64,000 bases of DNA, taken from NCBI GenBank assembly GCA_036001425.1, contig DASYUI010000015.1:9520-73519 (forward strand), read 5' to 3'. This document shows, in pieces, positions 54,581-63,362 of the stretch. The stretch comes from Actinomycetota bacterium (lineage in GTDB: Bacteria; Actinomycetota; UBA4738; CALAEC01). Position numbers and translations under genes: made by a program. How positions within the stretch are numbered: the stretch's first letter is position 1; every line of letters starts with the position of its first letter. The notes under the pieces were generated by a model, which was not told where the DNA came from, made no database searches, and worked only from the letters and a program-made list of their open reading frames with translations.

Positions 54581-56313
54581 TGACGCAGGTCCACACCTAC
54601 GACGCGGTGATCGTCGGGGCGGGCGGTGCCGGGCTCCGCGCCGCCATCGAGGCCTCTGATCGGGTCCGCACCGCGGTGATCTCCAAGCTCTACCCGACGC
54701 GATCGCACACCGGGACGGCGCAGGGAGGGATGTGCGCGGCGCTGGGCAACGTCGAGGAAGACTCTCCGGAATGGCACACCTTCGACACCGTGAAGGGAGG
54801 GGACTACCTCGTGGATCAGCCCGCCGCGGACGTGATGTGCCGGGAGGCCATCGACGCGGTCATCGAGCTCGAGCACTGGGGCTTCCCCTTCAACCGCACG
54901 CCTGAGGGGAAGATCGACCAGCGCCGGTTCGGCGGGCACACCCGCAACCACGGTGAGGCGCCGGTCCGACGGGCCTGTTACGCGGCCGACCGGACCGGAC
55001 ACATGATCCTTCAGACCCTGTACCAGCAGTGCATCAAGCGCGACGTCCGGTTCTTCAACGAGTTCTACGTGCTCGATCTCGTCCTCGAGGATGGCCGGGC
55101 CGCCGGAGTAGTCGCCTACGAGCTGGCTACCGGGGAGCTGCACGTGTTCCGGGCCAAGGCCGTCCTCTTCGCGACGGGAGGCTACGGAAAGATCTTCAAG
55201 ATCACCTCCAACGCCCACACCCTCACCGGCGACGGCCTCGGCGTGTGCTATCGGCGGGGCATCCCCCTCGAGGACATGGAGTTCTTCCAGTTCCACCCGA
55301 CCGGCATCTACAAGATGGGGATCCTCATCTCCGAGGCCGTGCGGGGCGAGGGTGGCATCCTCCTCAACGGCGAGGAGGAGCGGTTCATGGAGCGTTACGC
55401 CCCGACGATCAAGGACCTGGCCCCCCGTGACATGATCGCCCGGGCCATATACCACGAGATCCACGAGGGCCGCGGGGTTGGAGGCAAGGACTACGTGCAC
55501 CTCGACGTCCGCCACCTGGACCCAGAGATCATCGAGAAGAAGCTGCCCGACGTCACCGAGTTCGCCCGGATCTATCTGGGGGTGGAGCCCCTCCGGGAGC
55601 CGATCCCCATCCAGCCCACGGCGCACTACGGGATGGGGGGGATCCCCACCGATGTGGACGGCCGGGTGGTGCTCGGAGAGGCCGAGAAGCCAGTGCCCGG
55701 GCTCTACGCCGGCGGAGAGTGCGCGTGCGTCTCGGTGCATGGGGCCAACCGACTCGGGACGAACTCACTCCTCGATATCGTGGTGTTCGGCAAGCGAGGC
55801 GGGCGGCATATGGCGGAGTACGCTCAGCAGGCTGGCCTGGCGCAGTTCCCCACGGACCCGGAGCGGCCCACGGGCGAGCTGCTCCACCGGCTCTTGGGCT
55901 CCACAGGAACCGAACGCGTCCCGGAGATCCGGGAGGAGTTGCAGGAGAACATGTCTGACCTGGCGGGGGTGGTGCGCACCGAGGAGAGCGGGCGGAAGAT
56001 GCAGGATATCCTCGACTCCTTGCGAGAGCGGTACGGGCGGGCCGTGGTCCAGGACAAGGGCAAGGTGTACAACACCGACCTCATGGAAGCCGTGGAGCTG
56101 GAGTTCCTCCTCGACTGCGCGGACACTCTGGTGGCCGCGGCTCTGGCCCGGGAAGAGAGCCGGGGGGGGCACTACCGGGAGGACCATCCCCTACGGGACG
56201 ACGATCACTGGCTCCGACACTCCCTGGCCTATCGCGAGCCGGACGGGTCCGTGCGCCTGGAGTACAAGCCGGTGAAGCTCGGCGCGTACGTGCCCATGGA
56301 GCGGAAGTACTGA
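54580..56313 (+). CDS. sdhA: succinate dehydrogenase flavoprotein subunit
   Basis: 577 aa. ATG at 54580 in a TGATG overlap. [16 protein letters not shown]..., SHTGTAQGG (FAD-His), HPTGIY..., [24 protein letters not shown]. Confidence 0.9.
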   Translation: MTQVHTYDAVIVGAGGAGLRAAIEASDRVRTAVISKLYPTRSHTGTAQGGMCAALGNVEEDSPEWHTFDTVKGGDYLVDQPAADVMCREAIDAVIELEHWGFPFNRTPEGKIDQRRFGGHTRNHGEAPVRRACYAADRTGHMILQTLYQQCIKRDVRFFNEFYVLDLVLEDGRAAGVVAYELATGELHVFRAKAVLFATGGYGKIFKITSNAHTLTGDGLGVCYRRGIPLEDMEFFQFHPTGIYKMGILISEAVRGEGGILLNGEEERFMERYAPTIKDLAPRDMIARAIYHEIHEGRGVGGKDYVHLDVRHLDPEIIEKKLPDVTEFARIYLGVEPLREPIPIQPTAHYGMGGIPTDVDGRVVLGEAEKPVPGLYAGGECACVSVHGANRLGTNSLLDIVVFGKRGGRHMAEYAQQAGLAQFPTDPERPTGELLHRLLGSTGTERVPEIREELQENMSDLAGVVRTEESGRKMQDILDSLRERYGRAVVQDKGKVYNTDLMEAVELEFLLDCADTLVAAALAREESRGGHYREDHPLRDDDHWLRHSLAYREPDGSVRLEYKPVKLGAYVPMERKY

Positions 56314-58022
56314 TGGAGACGATCGCTCACGACATCGTCATCGTGGGGGGTGGGGGTGCGGGTCTCCGGGCGGCCATCGCTGCCGCAGAGGTCTCGGATG
56401 CGCTGAGCATCGCCCTGGTGTCCAAGGTCTACCCGATGCGCAGCCACACCGTGTCAGCCGAGGGGGGTGCGGGAGCGGTCGTCCGGGAGGACGATAGCCT
56501 CGACCTCCACGCCTTCGACACCATCCGCGGAAGCGACTGGCTCGCTGACCAGGACGCAGTGGAGGCCTTCGTCTCCGAGTGCTTTCCGGAGATGATCCGG
56601 CTGGAGCACTGGGGATGTCCGTGGAGCCGGGAACCGGACGGGCGGCTGGCCGTCCGACCCTTCGGCGGGATGAGCGTGCCCAGAACGCTGTTCGCTGCCG
56701 ACAAAACCGGGTTCCACATGCTCCACGCCCTCTTCCAGACCTCCCTGAAGTACGAGCGGATCACCCGCTACGACGAGTTCTTCGTAACGAAGCTCCTGAT
56801 CGAGGACGGCCGGTGCGCGGGTGTGGCCGCCATGGATCTTCGGGACACCGAGGTCAGGTGCATCACCGGGAAGGCCGTCATCCTATGCACCGGTGGCGCC
56901 GGGCGCACCTACTCCTTCACCACCAACGGGGCCATCAAGACGGGCGACGGGATGGCGCTGGCCTACCGGGCGGGCGTCCCCCTCAAGGACATGGAGTTCG
57001 TTCAGTACCATCCGACCGGCCTCCCCGGGACAGGGATCCTCATCACCGAGGCCGCCCGGGGGGAGGGCGGGTACCTGCTGAACAAGGAGGAGAGGCGGTT
57101 CCTCGAGGACTACATCCCGTCGAAGATGGAGCTGGGGCCCCGGGACATCCTGTCCCGGGCGATCATGCAGGAGATCGAGAAGGGCCAGGCGTTCGAAGGG
57201 CCGCATGGGGAGTACGTGCACCTCGACGTCCGCCACCTCGGCGAGGAGACGATCGACAGGAACCTGCCGTTCGTCCGGGAGCTGGCCCGGAACTATGTGG
57301 GGATCGACCCGGTCCACGAGCCCATCCCGGTGCGGCCGGTGGTCCACTACTGGATGGGCGGCATCGACACCGACATCCTGGGCCGGACCCGGCTCCCTGG
57401 CCTGTACGCGGCGGGGGAGGCCGCCTGCGTCAGCATCAACGGCGCCAACCGGCTGGGCTCGAACTCCCTCAGCGAGTGCCTGGTGTTTGGGGCGAGGGCG
57501 GGGAGGCAGGCCGCGGAGGACGCTCTCGACGCAACCGGACCCACGCGGGGTCCCCTCGCGAAGCTCGCCCAGGCCGAACAGGACCGGCTGGTCGGGGACT
57601 ATCTGGACAAGACGGGAGGCCGGGAACGGATCGGCGCGATCCGCCGGGACCTCCAGGCCGCCATGGAGAAGGGAGCCGGCATCTTCCGGACCGAGGAGTC
57701 GCTGAAGGACGCAGTCGAGGAGATCCGCGGACTCCGGGGGCGGTACCGGGACCTGAGCCTCGACGATCACGACCGAGCCTTCAACACCGAGCTGGTGGCG
57801 GCCCTCGAGCTCGGTAACATGCTCGACGTGGCCGAGGCGGTGGTCGCGTCAGGCCTCGAGCGGCGGGAGTCGCGGGGATCCCACACCCGGTCGGATTACC
57901 CCTCCCGCGATGACGATCGGTTCCTGAAGCACAGCCTGGCCTTCGCCACCTCGGAGGGCCCCCGGATCGAGTACGGGGACGTGACGATCACCCGGTGGCC
58001 GCCGGCGGAGCGAGAGTACTAA
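56313..58022 (+). CDS. frdA: fumarate reductase flavoprotein subunit
   Basis: 569 aa. [71 protein letters not shown] and [18 protein letters not shown] closely track E. coli FrdA as I recall it. ATG is in a TGATG overlap with the sdhA stop. Confidence 0.85.
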   Translation: METIAHDIVIVGGGGAGLRAAIAAAEVSDALSIALVSKVYPMRSHTVSAEGGAGAVVREDDSLDLHAFDTIRGSDWLADQDAVEAFVSECFPEMIRLEHWGCPWSREPDGRLAVRPFGGMSVPRTLFAADKTGFHMLHALFQTSLKYERITRYDEFFVTKLLIEDGRCAGVAAMDLRDTEVRCITGKAVILCTGGAGRTYSFTTNGAIKTGDGMALAYRAGVPLKDMEFVQYHPTGLPGTGILITEAARGEGGYLLNKEERRFLEDYIPSKMELGPRDILSRAIMQEIEKGQAFEGPHGEYVHLDVRHLGEETIDRNLPFVRELARNYVGIDPVHEPIPVRPVVHYWMGGIDTDILGRTRLPGLYAAGEAACVSINGANRLGSNSLSECLVFGARAGRQAAEDALDATGPTRGPLAKLAQAEQDRLVGDYLDKTGGRERIGAIRRDLQAAMEKGAGIFRTEESLKDAVEEIRGLRGRYRDLSLDDHDRAFNTELVAALELGNMLDVAEAVVASGLERRESRGSHTRSDYPSRDDDRFLKHSLAFATSEGPRIEYGDVTITRWPPAEREY

Positions 58023-58188
58023 GGGGTCCAGGGGGAAAGTGCCGGGGTCCCCGCGGATCGCAGCGAGCGAAGCGAGCGAGATCCGCGGGGTGTCCAGCAG
58101 CCCCGCGAGGCGAAGCCGAGCGGGTCAAGTCTGCTGCATTCCCCCTGGCCGAAGCGCCTCGCCGAAGGCGAGGGGCTGAGGAAGGAGA
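58023..58188 (+). repeat. modular intergenic hairpin repeat, copy 7 (A-B-C-D), inside the frd cassette
   Basis: Starts directly after the frdA TAA (58020-58022) and ends ~15 nt before the frdBC ATG. Used as the reference copy for module definitions. Confidence 0.85.
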
Positions 58189-58203
58189 ATAGGAGCGTCG
58201 GAC

Positions 58204-59358
58204 ATGGCCGAAGAGAGGATGGCGCTGAAGGTGGCCCGGTGGCGGCCGGGACACGTTCCCGTTCCCTACTACGACGAGTACGAGGTCCCCTACCGCGAGG
58301 ACATGGTGGTCCTCGACGCGCTGAACCACATCAAGGACGACATCGACGGGAGCCTGGCCTACCGTTGGTCGTGCCGGATGGGTGTGTGCGGCTCTTGCGG
58401 GATGATGGTGAACGGGGAGCCCCGGCTCACCTGCGCCACGTTCCTTAGAGAGTTCCGCCCGGAACCGGTTGTCGTCGAGCCCCTCCAGCACTTTCCTGTG
58501 GTCCGCGACCTGGTCGTGGACATGAGCGACTTCATGGAGAAGCTGAAAGAGGTCAAGCCCTGGATCATCCGGGAGGACGAGAAGCCCGCCGAGGAGGGCG
58601 AATACCTCCAGACCCCCGAGGAGATCGATGTCTACAAGCAGTTCAGCATGTGCATCAACTGCATGCTCTGCTACTCCGCCTGCCCCGTGTACGGCCAGGA
58701 CCCAGACTTCCTGGGCCCCGCGGCGATCGCCCTGGCCCACCGGTACAACTTGGACTCCAGGGACCAAGGACGGGCAGAGCGAAAGGACGTCCTGGAGGTC
58801 GACTGGGGCATCTGGGACTGCACGTTCGTTGGGGAGTGCACGGTCGTGTGCCCCAAGGACGTCGACCCGGCGGGGGCGATCCAGCGCTCCAAGGTCGCCG
58901 CGGCCACGGGGATGCTCCGCTCGGTGGTGTGGCCGTTCTCGGGGCCGAAGGTGCGGACCGGTGCGGGCCGGCGGTACCCCGTCCACGTCCCCAAGATGCC
59001 CCGGGCCTGGTGGCTCAAGACCGCCCCATATCGGCGGTTCGTCGCCCGGGAGCTCACGTCGGTGTTCGTGGCGGCCTGGTCCGTGATCCTCCTGTTGTTC
59101 CTGTTCGCACTGTCCCGTGGGCCCGAGGCCTACGAGGCGTTCCTCCGGTGGCTCGGCCTGCCCGCGATCATCGCCCTCTCCGCCGTCACCCTGGGGGCGG
59201 TGGTGTACCACACGGGCACCTGGTTACGCCTGACGGCGCACGTGCTGGCGGTTCGCTTCCTGGGGAAGGCCGTGCCGGGCCCCATCAAGGTGGGGGCGCT
59301 CGTCGTCGCCTTGATCGTGGCCTCCGCCGTGGTCGCCTACTTCCACGTCTGGTGGTAG
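58204..59358 (+). CDS. frdBC: fumarate reductase iron-sulfur subunit fused to membrane anchor subunit C
   Basis: 384 aa uninterrupted ORF. Residues 1-~240 are FrdB-like ([44 protein letters not shown]). Residues ~258-384 are FrdC-like ([29 protein letters not shown]...YHTGTWLRL...HVWW, against E. coli [28 protein letters not shown]...LHTKTWFEL...ALYW). Confidence 0.85.
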   Translation: MAEERMALKVARWRPGHVPVPYYDEYEVPYREDMVVLDALNHIKDDIDGSLAYRWSCRMGVCGSCGMMVNGEPRLTCATFLREFRPEPVVVEPLQHFPVVRDLVVDMSDFMEKLKEVKPWIIREDEKPAEEGEYLQTPEEIDVYKQFSMCINCMLCYSACPVYGQDPDFLGPAAIALAHRYNLDSRDQGRAERKDVLEVDWGIWDCTFVGECTVVCPKDVDPAGAIQRSKVAAATGMLRSVVWPFSGPKVRTGAGRRYPVHVPKMPRAWWLKTAPYRRFVARELTSVFVAAWSVILLLFLFALSRGPEAYEAFLRWLGLPAIIALSAVTLGAVVYHTGTWLRLTAHVLAVRFLGKAVPGPIKVGALVVALIVASAVVAYFHVWW

Positions 59359-59360
59359 CC

Positions 59361-59747
59361 ATGGCCAAGCCGAAGCAGCGGGAGAATAGGGGCCCGCTCC
59401 CGTCGCCGGAGCTCGCCTTCTGGTCGCTCTTCTCGGCGGGCGGGATGGTGGCCGCGTTCCTCTTCCCCGTCCACATCGCGATCCTGGGGATCGCTTACGG
59501 CCTCGGATGGCTTCCCGATGACGCCTTGTCCTACGAGCGGGTCCTCGACCTGGTCCGCCACCCCCTGGCCAAGCTCTACCTCGGGGTCCTAGTCAGCCTC
59601 CCGCTGTTCCACTGGGCCCACCGGTTCCGGTTCACCATCCACCACGAGCTCGGGATCCACGGCGGAAAGCTGCACATCGCCGCGGCCTGCTACGGGACCG
59701 CCGTGGTTGGTACGGCCCTCACGATCTGGGTGCTCGTTCGCATCTGA
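59361..59747 (+). CDS. frdD: fumarate reductase membrane anchor subunit D
   Basis: 128 aa. ...FWSLFSAGGMVAAFLFPVHI...DALSYERVL... matches E. coli FrdD ([20 protein letters not shown]...DALSYERVL) from memory. Confidence 0.8.
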   Translation: MAKPKQRENRGPLPSPELAFWSLFSAGGMVAAFLFPVHIAILGIAYGLGWLPDDALSYERVLDLVRHPLAKLYLGVLVSLPLFHWAHRFRFTIHHELGIHGGKLHIAAACYGTAVVGTALTIWVLVRI

Positions 59748-59827
59748 CCCAGGGTGGTTCTTCGGTGCTGCGTCCGGCAGACGGTTCCAAGATCGGGCGG
59801 CGCGCGCCACGATATCATCGGTCGCCG

Positions 59828-60526
59828 ATGGAATTGACGCTGCGCATCCGCCGGTACAACCCCGAGGTGAGCGCCGACCCCTGGTGGGACGAGTTCACCG
59901 TGGAGATGGAGCCCTCCGACCGGCTCCTCGACGCCCTCCACGAGGTCAAGTGGCGCCACGACGGCACGCTGGCCCTCAGGCGGTCGTGCGCACACGGCGT
60001 CTGTGGCTCGGACGCCATACTGGTCAACGGGAGGAACGACCTGGCGTGCAAGGTCCTGGTGAAGGACGTCGCACCGAAGGTGACCGTCGAGCCGATCCGG
60101 GGGCTCCCGGTGAAGAAGGACCTGATCGTGGACATGGAGCCCTTCTTCGAGGGCTACCGGGCTGTGCTCCCGTACCTCGTCAACGACGAGGATGCCGGTG
60201 ACCGCGAACGGATCCAGAGCCCAGAGGAGCGGGAGCGATTCGATGACACCACGAAGTGCATCCTGTGCGCGGCGTGCACCACGTCGTGCCCGATCTTCTG
60301 GGGAGACGGCCAGTACATCGGCCCGGCCGCGATCGTCAACGCCCACCGATTCATCTTCGACTCGAGGGATCAGGGAGCGAAGGAACGCCTCCGAGTGCTA
60401 TCGGAGAAGACCGGGGTGTTCCGGTGCCGGACCACGTTCAACTGCACGGAGGCCTGCCCTCGCGGTATCAAGGTCACCCAGGCCATCCAAGAGGTGAAGC
60501 GGGCCATCCTCTTCGAGCGTATGTGA
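59828..60526 (+). CDS. sdhB: succinate dehydrogenase iron-sulfur subunit
   Basis: Trimmed to ATG at 59828 (MELTLRIRRYNPEV...RRSCAHGVCGSDAILVNG...CILCAACTTSCP...CTEACPRGI). This aligns with the E. coli SdhB start MRLEFSIYRYNPDV. Confidence 0.85.
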   Translation: MELTLRIRRYNPEVSADPWWDEFTVEMEPSDRLLDALHEVKWRHDGTLALRRSCAHGVCGSDAILVNGRNDLACKVLVKDVAPKVTVEPIRGLPVKKDLIVDMEPFFEGYRAVLPYLVNDEDAGDRERIQSPEERERFDDTTKCILCAACTTSCPIFWGDGQYIGPAAIVNAHRFIFDSRDQGAKERLRVLSEKTGVFRCRTTFNCTEACPRGIKVTQAIQEVKRAILFERM

Positions 60527-60527
60527 C

Positions 60528-61016
60528 CTACTCGGCGACGCGCTCGGTCCCGCTCTCGCGCCGACGCCGGTCCGTGTCTCGGAACGTGAGGAACGAGAAC
60601 TTGCCGGTCGCCTCCAGCACGCCGAACTTGACCTCGCGCAGGTCGGCGATGCCTTGCTCGCGTGCAGCGTCCGTCAGCTCGTCCACCGTGACCCGTTCGA
60701 TCCGGAGGGCCTCCTGCTGGATGCGGCCGTCCCGGATCACGATCACCGGAGCGCCCTCCACCGCCCTCCGGGTCGTGGTCCACCGAAAGCTCACGTAGGA
60801 CCACACCAGGATCCAGAAGCCCAGTGTCCCGATGGCCAGGAACGCGCCGGTGACCGACATGTCCTCCTGGGTGGCGCCCTGCTGGACCAGGTCGCCCATC
60901 GTGACCAACAACACGAGCTCGAACGCGCTCATCTGCGAGAGCTCCCGCTTGCCCATCACCCTGACCAGGAACCAGATCAGGAAGTAGATCGCTGAGGATC
61001 GGATGACGATCTCCAT
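60528..61016 (-). CDS. DUF421 (YetF-like) membrane protein
   Basis: 162 aa. IYFLIWFLVRVMGKRELSQMSAFELVLLVTMGD is the characteristic DUF421 N-terminus. Confidence 0.7.
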   Translation of the reverse strand: MEIVIRSSAIYFLIWFLVRVMGKRELSQMSAFELVLLVTMGDLVQQGATQEDMSVTGAFLAIGTLGFWILVWSYVSFRWTTTRRAVEGAPVIVIRDGRIQQEALRIERVTVDELTDAAREQGIADLREVKFGVLEATGKFSFLTFRDTDRRRRESGTERVAE

Positions 61017-61547
61017 CTACGGCACCACCCTTGTCGTATAGGCGACGGTCACGACGGGGACGTCGTCGACGAGCACCGAGGTCTCGCCCAACTGGCTGAG
61101 GTGCTCGGTCGGCTCGAGCCTCCCATCGAACGACACCCGGAGTGTGTCGCCGGGTGGTGGATCGAACTCCCAGATCACCACGTCCGGCGTTCCGGTGGTC
61201 GCGGACGGCTCCGGATGGGCCGCGTTGTAGTCGAAGAGCGTCAGGTATCGCCGGCTGGTGGCGATCCGGATCGGTCCGTCGAACCCACCCGACCGTTGAA
61301 CCTCGATGGACCACGGCGTGGACAGGCCCGGCCGACTCACCTTCGCGTACGCGACAGAGAGGCGATAGCCTCCTCCAGAGCTCGTCACGACGCCGAACCG
61401 CACTCCCAACAGATTTGCTCCCGCGAGCACCAGGACACCGACCAGCGCCGCCAGCCCAACCCGCCGTCCCGCCCGGGCCCGCCTCAGCCGGTCGAGATCG
61501 ACCGCCCGTGGGCTGGTGGGAAACTCCTTCAGGTCTTCCGACCCCAT
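61017..61547 (-). CDS. membrane-anchored hypothetical protein
   Basis: 176 aa with one TM helix (VGLAALVGVLVLAGANLLGV). No recognisable motif. Abuts the DUF421 gene start. Confidence 0.4.
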   Translation of the reverse strand: MGSEDLKEFPTSPRAVDLDRLRRARAGRRVGLAALVGVLVLAGANLLGVRFGVVTSSGGGYRLSVAYAKVSRPGLSTPWSIEVQRSGGFDGPIRIATSRRYLTLFDYNAAHPEPSATTGTPDVVIWEFDPPPGDTLRVSFDGRLEPTEHLSQLGETSVLVDDVPVVTVAYTTRVVP

Positions 61548-61649
61548 CGGTCCCTCCTTTCGTCACCACCGGGCGCATTGTGCCTCGCCGCGACACCGTT
61601 TCGCGGCAACTTCGCAGGGTAGATACGAAATAAGGAAAGGAGGGCCCAC

Positions 61650-61988
61650 ATGCCACAGCGTGCATGGACCAACAATCGAGAGCGGCAGTACGAGCACATC
61701 AAGGAGAGCGCCAAGGATCGCGGCGTCGGAACCAAGCGGGCCAAGGAGATCGCGGCGCGCACCGTGAACAAGGAGCGGGCCCGCTCCGGCGAGGCCACGC
61801 AGCGCTCCAGGAGCTCGACCCGCGACATCTCTTCGGGCCGCCGTGGGGGGCTGCGCTCGGGGACCAGCGGCCCGCGGGGCCGGACCAGGGAGCAGCTCTA
61901 CAACGAGGCCAAGAACCTGGGCATCGAAGGCCGCTCGAAGATGAACAAGCGGCAGCTCCAGGCCGCCGTCAACAGGAAGAAGGGCTAG
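61650..61988 (+). CDS. small basic protein with Rho_N/SAP-like C-terminal motif
   Basis: 112 aa. Strong SD AAGGAAAGGAGGG. C-terminal REQLYNEAKNLGIEGRSKMNKRQLQAAV resembles the Rho termination factor N-terminal (SAP-like) motif. Confidence 0.5.
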   Translation: MPQRAWTNNRERQYEHIKESAKDRGVGTKRAKEIAARTVNKERARSGEATQRSRSSTRDISSGRRGGLRSGTSGPRGRTREQLYNEAKNLGIEGRSKMNKRQLQAAVNRKKG

Positions 61989-62584
61989 GGCCGGAAGGAC
62001 CGTACGGGGGAGTACCGGCTGTCCGCGGTCCCCTCCTGCGAGCGCGCTCGGAAGGAGTAGAGGACGCCGTCACGGACCCGGACGGGGTTGCGGTTCCTGC
62101 CGAAGACCCCGCTCAGCGTGGTCGTGTCGGTCCTCCAGTTTCGCCAGTCGCCCGACCCGACCCGGAACTGGACGTCGTAGACGCTGCCCGTCTCCGAAGC
62201 CGCTGAAGCCCACCGGACAGTGAAGGGGAGCCCGTCCGGCGCACGGTTGAGCCTCACCGGGATCCGCACGAGGCCGTCCATCCCGCCGAACTCGCTGCCG
62301 TGAACCTCGCAGTAATAGTGGAAGGTTCCGGCGGAGAAGACGACATCGTAGGTGAACGCCGCGCTGGTGGGATCACCGTTGCGGAAGAGGAGGCCGTCCT
62401 CTCGAACATTGTGGTTGTTGCTGTTCGTCCCGTCGCTGAACCAGCGAACGGTGTCCCCTACCTGGTTCCCCACGACGTCTGGCGCGAAGAAATCGTCGTG
62501 GACATCGATGTCCATCCTTCCCGCCTGGGCCGCGCTGGGAAACAGCATGCCGATGGCGAGCACCAGCGGAACGAGCCTTGCCAT
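61985..62584 (-). CDS. secreted cupredoxin (plastocyanin/azurin-like) + beta-sandwich domain protein, paralog 1
   Basis: 199 aa with a signal peptide. NHNV...FHYYCEVHGSEFGGMDG supplies His/Cys/His/Met type-1 copper ligands. The C-terminal ~95 aa are FN3-like. Confidence 0.65.
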   Translation of the reverse strand: MARLVPLVLAIGMLFPSAAQAGRMDIDVHDDFFAPDVVGNQVGDTVRWFSDGTNSNNHNVREDGLLFRNGDPTSAAFTYDVVFSAGTFHYYCEVHGSEFGGMDGLVRIPVRLNRAPDGLPFTVRWASAASETGSVYDVQFRVGSGDWRNWRTDTTTLSGVFGRNRNPVRVRDGVLYSFRARSQEGTADSRYSPVRSFRP

Positions 62585-62600
62585 TCGCTCTCCTTTTCAG

Positions 62601-63215
62601 TCAGGTTCTGTACGAGGCCACCGGGGACCAGCCGCTCGTATTCGGGCCCTCCTGCGAGCGGGCCCGGAGCGAGTACCGGACATCATCGCGAACCCGAACC
62701 GGCTTCGCGTCCTTTCCGAACACGCCCTTGTTGTTCGTCGTGTCCGCCTTCCAGGTTCGCCATTCCCCGCGTCCGACCCGGAACTGCACGTCATAGGCCG
62801 TTCCGGTCTCCGACGCGCTCGTGGCCCATCGAACCGTGAATGACAAGCCGGTGGGTGCGCGATCGATGGTTACAGGAACGCGGACGAATCCGTCCATGTT
62901 GTCCGGCGTTCCGGGGACCGGCCCCCCGTGCGTCCGGCAGAAGAAGTGGAACGTGCCCGCCGAGAACACCACCGTGTAGTCGATCGGACCGTCGGTCGGT
63001 GGCCCGCTCTCGAAAAGCCACCCGTTCTCTCGTACGTTGTGTACACCGATCGAGTCGGGAGCTCGGTACCACCGGACCGAACCTCCGACGGCGACTCGCC
63101 TGGCGTCCGGCGAGAAGTAGTTGTCGTGGATGGCGATATCCGCCGTCCCGCCCATCGCCGGGGCGGCCACCAGCAGGGCCACGCCTACCACCAGCACGGC
63201 GACCCGCCGGATCAT
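62601..63215 (-). CDS. secreted cupredoxin + beta-sandwich domain protein, paralog 2
   Basis: 204 aa, collinear with paralog 1 (IAIHDNYFSPD.., VHNVRENGWLF.., FHFFCRTHGGPVPGTPDNMDG.., YDVQFRVG.GEWR.W). Confidence 0.65.
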   Translation of the reverse strand: MIRRVAVLVVGVALLVAAPAMGGTADIAIHDNYFSPDARRVAVGGSVRWYRAPDSIGVHNVRENGWLFESGPPTDGPIDYTVVFSAGTFHFFCRTHGGPVPGTPDNMDGFVRVPVTIDRAPTGLSFTVRWATSASETGTAYDVQFRVGRGEWRTWKADTTNNKGVFGKDAKPVRVRDDVRYSLRARSQEGPNTSGWSPVASYRT

Positions 63216-63362
63216 CCTCTTCCCGCCCCTTTCCCTCGGCGCGCCAAATTAGCAGGGCCGGAGCCCCGCCTGCACTCATTCAGACGACCGAGGGGACGGG
63301 AACGTTCCGCCTTCGCCGGAGACTTCAGGCCCAGCTTCGCCGGCCCCTGCTAGCCTAGCCCT

